Shown in pieces: positions 8,225-10,558 of a stretch of DNA of 10,558 nucleotides (position 1 is its first letter; the number at the start of each line of letters is the position of its first letter). Under the pieces are notes generated by a model. The model saw nothing but the letters and a program-made list of their open reading frames with translations. It was not told where the DNA came from and searched no databases. This DNA is from Infirmifilum sp. (GTDB lineage: Archaea; Thermoproteota; Thermoprotei; Thermofilales; Thermofilaceae), in assembly GCA_041287245.1 (NCBI GenBank), contig JBEULP010000076.1:1-10558 (forward strand), given 5' to 3'. Made by a program: the position numbers and the translations under genes.

Positions 8225-8878
8225 GGTTTTCTTGCCAAGACTATTAGCCTCCTCGCTAGGCTCGGCCTTAATGCGAAAAATCCGTCAATTAGTTGAAATG
8301 CCTTGTTCTGTGGACTCACGCCACCTGAGCCAGCCACGTCTATAATTTCAAATCCGTAATATTCTAATCTCTTTTAACGCTCTTAGCGTAAATGGCCTTA
8401 TGTGGCCGCTTGGCCTCCATAACTTACGGAATACTCCGAACGTCTCAACAGTGCTTACTTCTGCATTGTACGGCTGGTAGCCGAGTAGAAATAGTGCTCT
8501 ATTTATCCAGCTGGCCAGATTTGGTGTTGTTAACAGGAGGTAGCCACCTCTTCTCAGCACTCTGAAGATTTCTTGAAGCATATTGTCAGGGTTTACCAGA
8601 TGTTCTATCACCTCCATCGAGGTTACTAGGTCTATCGTGTTGTCACTAAATGGCAACTTGTCCGTGGATACATCAACCTTATGTACTTTAATTCCGCGAT
8701 TCATCGCCATCTTAAGCGCCTCTTCGTCCACGTCTACGCCATATACCTCCTCCGCACCCACGTGTCTGGCTATTACTTCTGTCAATTCGCCGTTGTTACA
8801 TCCTACGTCTAACATAGTCCTTGCTTTCACGTTCTTCTTAATAAGTTGCAGAGCCTTACTGAGACGTGGTAGGCTCAT
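8221..8878 (-). pseudogene. Class I SAM-dependent methyltransferase with a frameshift near 8368; true C-terminus extends to 8221
   Basis: MLDVGCNNG, YGVDVD, DLVTSMEVIEHL, RGGYLLLTTPNLASWINR and GHIRPFTLRALKE. The ORF stops at 8348, but the +1 frame continues LEYYGFEIIDVAGSGGVSPQNKAFQLIDGFFALRPSLARRLIVLARKP*. This matches the paralog tail (LKAVGFQRVEIKG...IRPHLAPDILAIAIKI) and ends in an ATGA overlap with the next gene. Confidence 0.88.
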
Positions 8879-8887
8879 GTTGTATTT

Positions 8888-10003
8888 TTATTCAGTATAT
8901 TTCATATATAGTTCTTCGTACATGGGCAGTATTTTACTCCACGTATGTTGCCTCGCCCACTCTCTGGCGTTTTTGCTTAATTCCCTGTATAGTTCTTGGT
9001 CTGCTAGTAGTTGCATTATCTTCTCCGCCATGTCCTTGGGGTTTGGTTTCGCATATAGGCTTGTTTTACCCGGTGGAGCCGCATATATCTGTCCTCCGTT
9101 GCCCGTTATCACGCAAGGCACCCCTGCTGCCTGTGCCTCTAGCAGTGCTATTCCGAATGCCTCGTATAGTGCCGGGTTTACGTAGACACCCGCACTACTG
9201 TATAGACTCGCCTTTTCCTTTCCGACGACCGTGCCCCTGTACTCGATCCTCGCTCCGCGGGTCTTCGCAGTTAATTTCTTTATTAGCCCCTCATCAGGCC
9301 CTGCCAGTACTACCCTGAACCTGGGATTTAGGTGCTTTGCTACCTTTATGAGCAGACCTATGTTTTTTGACTTACTTATCCTGCCCACGTAAAGCACCAT
9401 TTCCATATCCTTGGGTCCACCGTTCTCCACAGACTTTACGAATTCATCCTCTATACCGTTAGGTATAATTACGACTTTATCTTCATCTACACCCAGTCTC
9501 CTTGTGAGTATATCTTTTTCCTGCGGCGTCAACGCCGCTATCGCGTCATACCTCTTCAGCGCTCCCCTGCCCATCGCATCCACTACCCTGTGATAAAGCC
9601 AAATCACTGCACCGAGCTGTGAAAGCCTATGGAATGGGGCGTGCGGACTTAGAATGGCTTTGAAGCCCAATTCCTCTCTTAGCCTCACCACTTGGAACAC
9701 ATGGGGATGCCTCCAGACGTGGACGTGGACCACGTCAGGCTTCAACCTCTTAATGGTCTCGGGTAATTCACTACTGTATGTCCCGTGACTCCAGGTAAGG
9801 TTTGGCTTCACCCTAATTACCCTGACTCCATTTATCTCCTCCTCCCTCGGTAGGGAGCCCGTACCACCAATCCTCAGCCTATTATAAGTCACTACATAGA
9901 CCTCGTGGCCTCTATCGACCATGTACTCAGCCACCCTCCTCACCACCTCCTCTACTCCACCAATCACGGGGCTGTAGAATGGGGCGACTTGGACAATCCT
10001 CAT
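8888..10003 (-). CDS. Glycosyltransferase family 4 (GT-B fold)
   Basis: MRIVQVAPFYSPVIGGVE...GHEVYVVT, PDVVHVH, IIPNGI, LYVGRISKSKNI, and EX7E motif (EAFGIALLE) followed by AAGVPCV. Confidence 0.96.
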   Translation of the reverse strand: MRIVQVAPFYSPVIGGVEEVVRRVAEYMVDRGHEVYVVTYNRLRIGGTGSLPREEEINGVRVIRVKPNLTWSHGTYSSELPETIKRLKPDVVHVHVWRHPHVFQVVRLREELGFKAILSPHAPFHRLSQLGAVIWLYHRVVDAMGRGALKRYDAIAALTPQEKDILTRRLGVDEDKVVIIPNGIEDEFVKSVENGGPKDMEMVLYVGRISKSKNIGLLIKVAKHLNPRFRVVLAGPDEGLIKKLTAKTRGARIEYRGTVVGKEKASLYSSAGVYVNPALYEAFGIALLEAQAAGVPCVITGNGGQIYAAPPGKTSLYAKPNPKDMAEKIMQLLADQELYRELSKNAREWARQHTWSKILPMYEELYMKYTE

Positions 10004-10042
10004 TACTACCGTGTTACGGTGGTTCTAAATCTACTTGTTGCT

Positions 10043-10558
10043 TCATTTACTTTGCCCATGTTTTTGCATTATTTCCGGTTGTCTCTTGAATTCCGTGGTT
10101 AATGTTTCTACGTAGTGTTCCCACGTCAGTACTCCCTCCCTCTCCAGTAGGGCCTCTATCGTCTGTCTACTTGATGCCTCCTCTAGGGCGTTCTTCACTG
10201 CATTGGCGAGTCTCTCAACAGCCTCTTCATGCGTCTTCGTGGGCGGCGCCTTTGGGTACAGCGTCATTAAGTTGCGTAGGTGTAGCTCCACGTAGTACTT
10301 CTTTAGGAACGACAGCAGTGCCCGCCTCTCCTCTCTCACCACACGCCTGAATCCCTGTGCGCCGGCAAGCTTCCTTAGGTCCTGTGTCGCCGCTGCGTAT
10401 ATGTCCCTGGCTAGTTGCTCCGTCCATGGGTTGTACAGGACAGGCACTGCGTTTTTCAGCGTCAGCCCGTAGTTTCTCGACGCCTTGACCCATGCCGTGA
10501 GCTCGGCAAGCCTCAGCCTCCTGGGGCCCATGTACGTCGCCACGGTGAGGTCCACAGG
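10043..10558 (-). CDS. Hypothetical protein, 5'-truncated by the window edge
   Basis: The frame is open to the window end (CCT GTG GAC...). It is co-oriented with the cluster and looks helical and charged. I recognise no family. Confidence 0.65.
   Translation of the reverse strand, partial: PVDLTVATYMGPRRLRLAELTAWVKASRNYGLTLKNAVPVLYNPWTEQLARDIYAAATQDLRKLAGAQGFRRVVREERRALLSFLKKYYVELHLRNLMTLYPKAPPTKTHEEAVERLANAVKNALEEASSRQTIEALLEREGVLTWEHYVETLTTEFKRQPEIMQKHGQSK

Noticed and set aside
8583..10493. Plus-strand ORFs 8583..9185, 8866..9318, 9411..9593, 9905..10102, 10102..10350 and minus ORF 10227..10493
   Set aside because: They overlap better-supported CDSs in antisense or alternate frames, which is expected in GC-richer sequence.
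1..10558. CRISPR array, tRNA/rRNA, IS element or restriction-modification system
   Set aside because: No spaced repeats, cloverleaf, transposase or terminal repeats were seen. The MTases lack DPPY/NPPY/PCQ DNA-methyltransferase motifs.

Overview
The whole window is a minus-strand, operon-like cell-surface glycosylation cluster. It is probably from a (hyper)thermophilic archaeon; this is inferred from the AGG/AGA/ATA-rich codon usage, overlapping start/stop codons and TATA-like boxes about 25 nt before start codons. In transcription order it holds: a 5'-truncated orphan ORF, a GT4 glycosyltransferase, a class I SAM methyltransferase (frameshifted), a hidden GT4 remnant with its middle missing, a CE4/NodB polysaccharide deacetylase, a second GT4, a 559-aa polytopic membrane protein (possibly GT-C fold), a second SAM methyltransferase (frameshifted), a GT2 split at an A9 run, two intact membrane-anchored GT2s, and a GT2-N-terminus/methyltransferase chimera with an in-frame amber stop that runs off the window. 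The cluster looks mosaic and partly decayed. All three methyltransferases carry lesions, while two GT4s, two GT2s, the deacetylase and the membrane protein are intact. One GT2 has a candidate -1 slippery or phase-variable site. I found no RNA genes, CRISPR array or mobile element.
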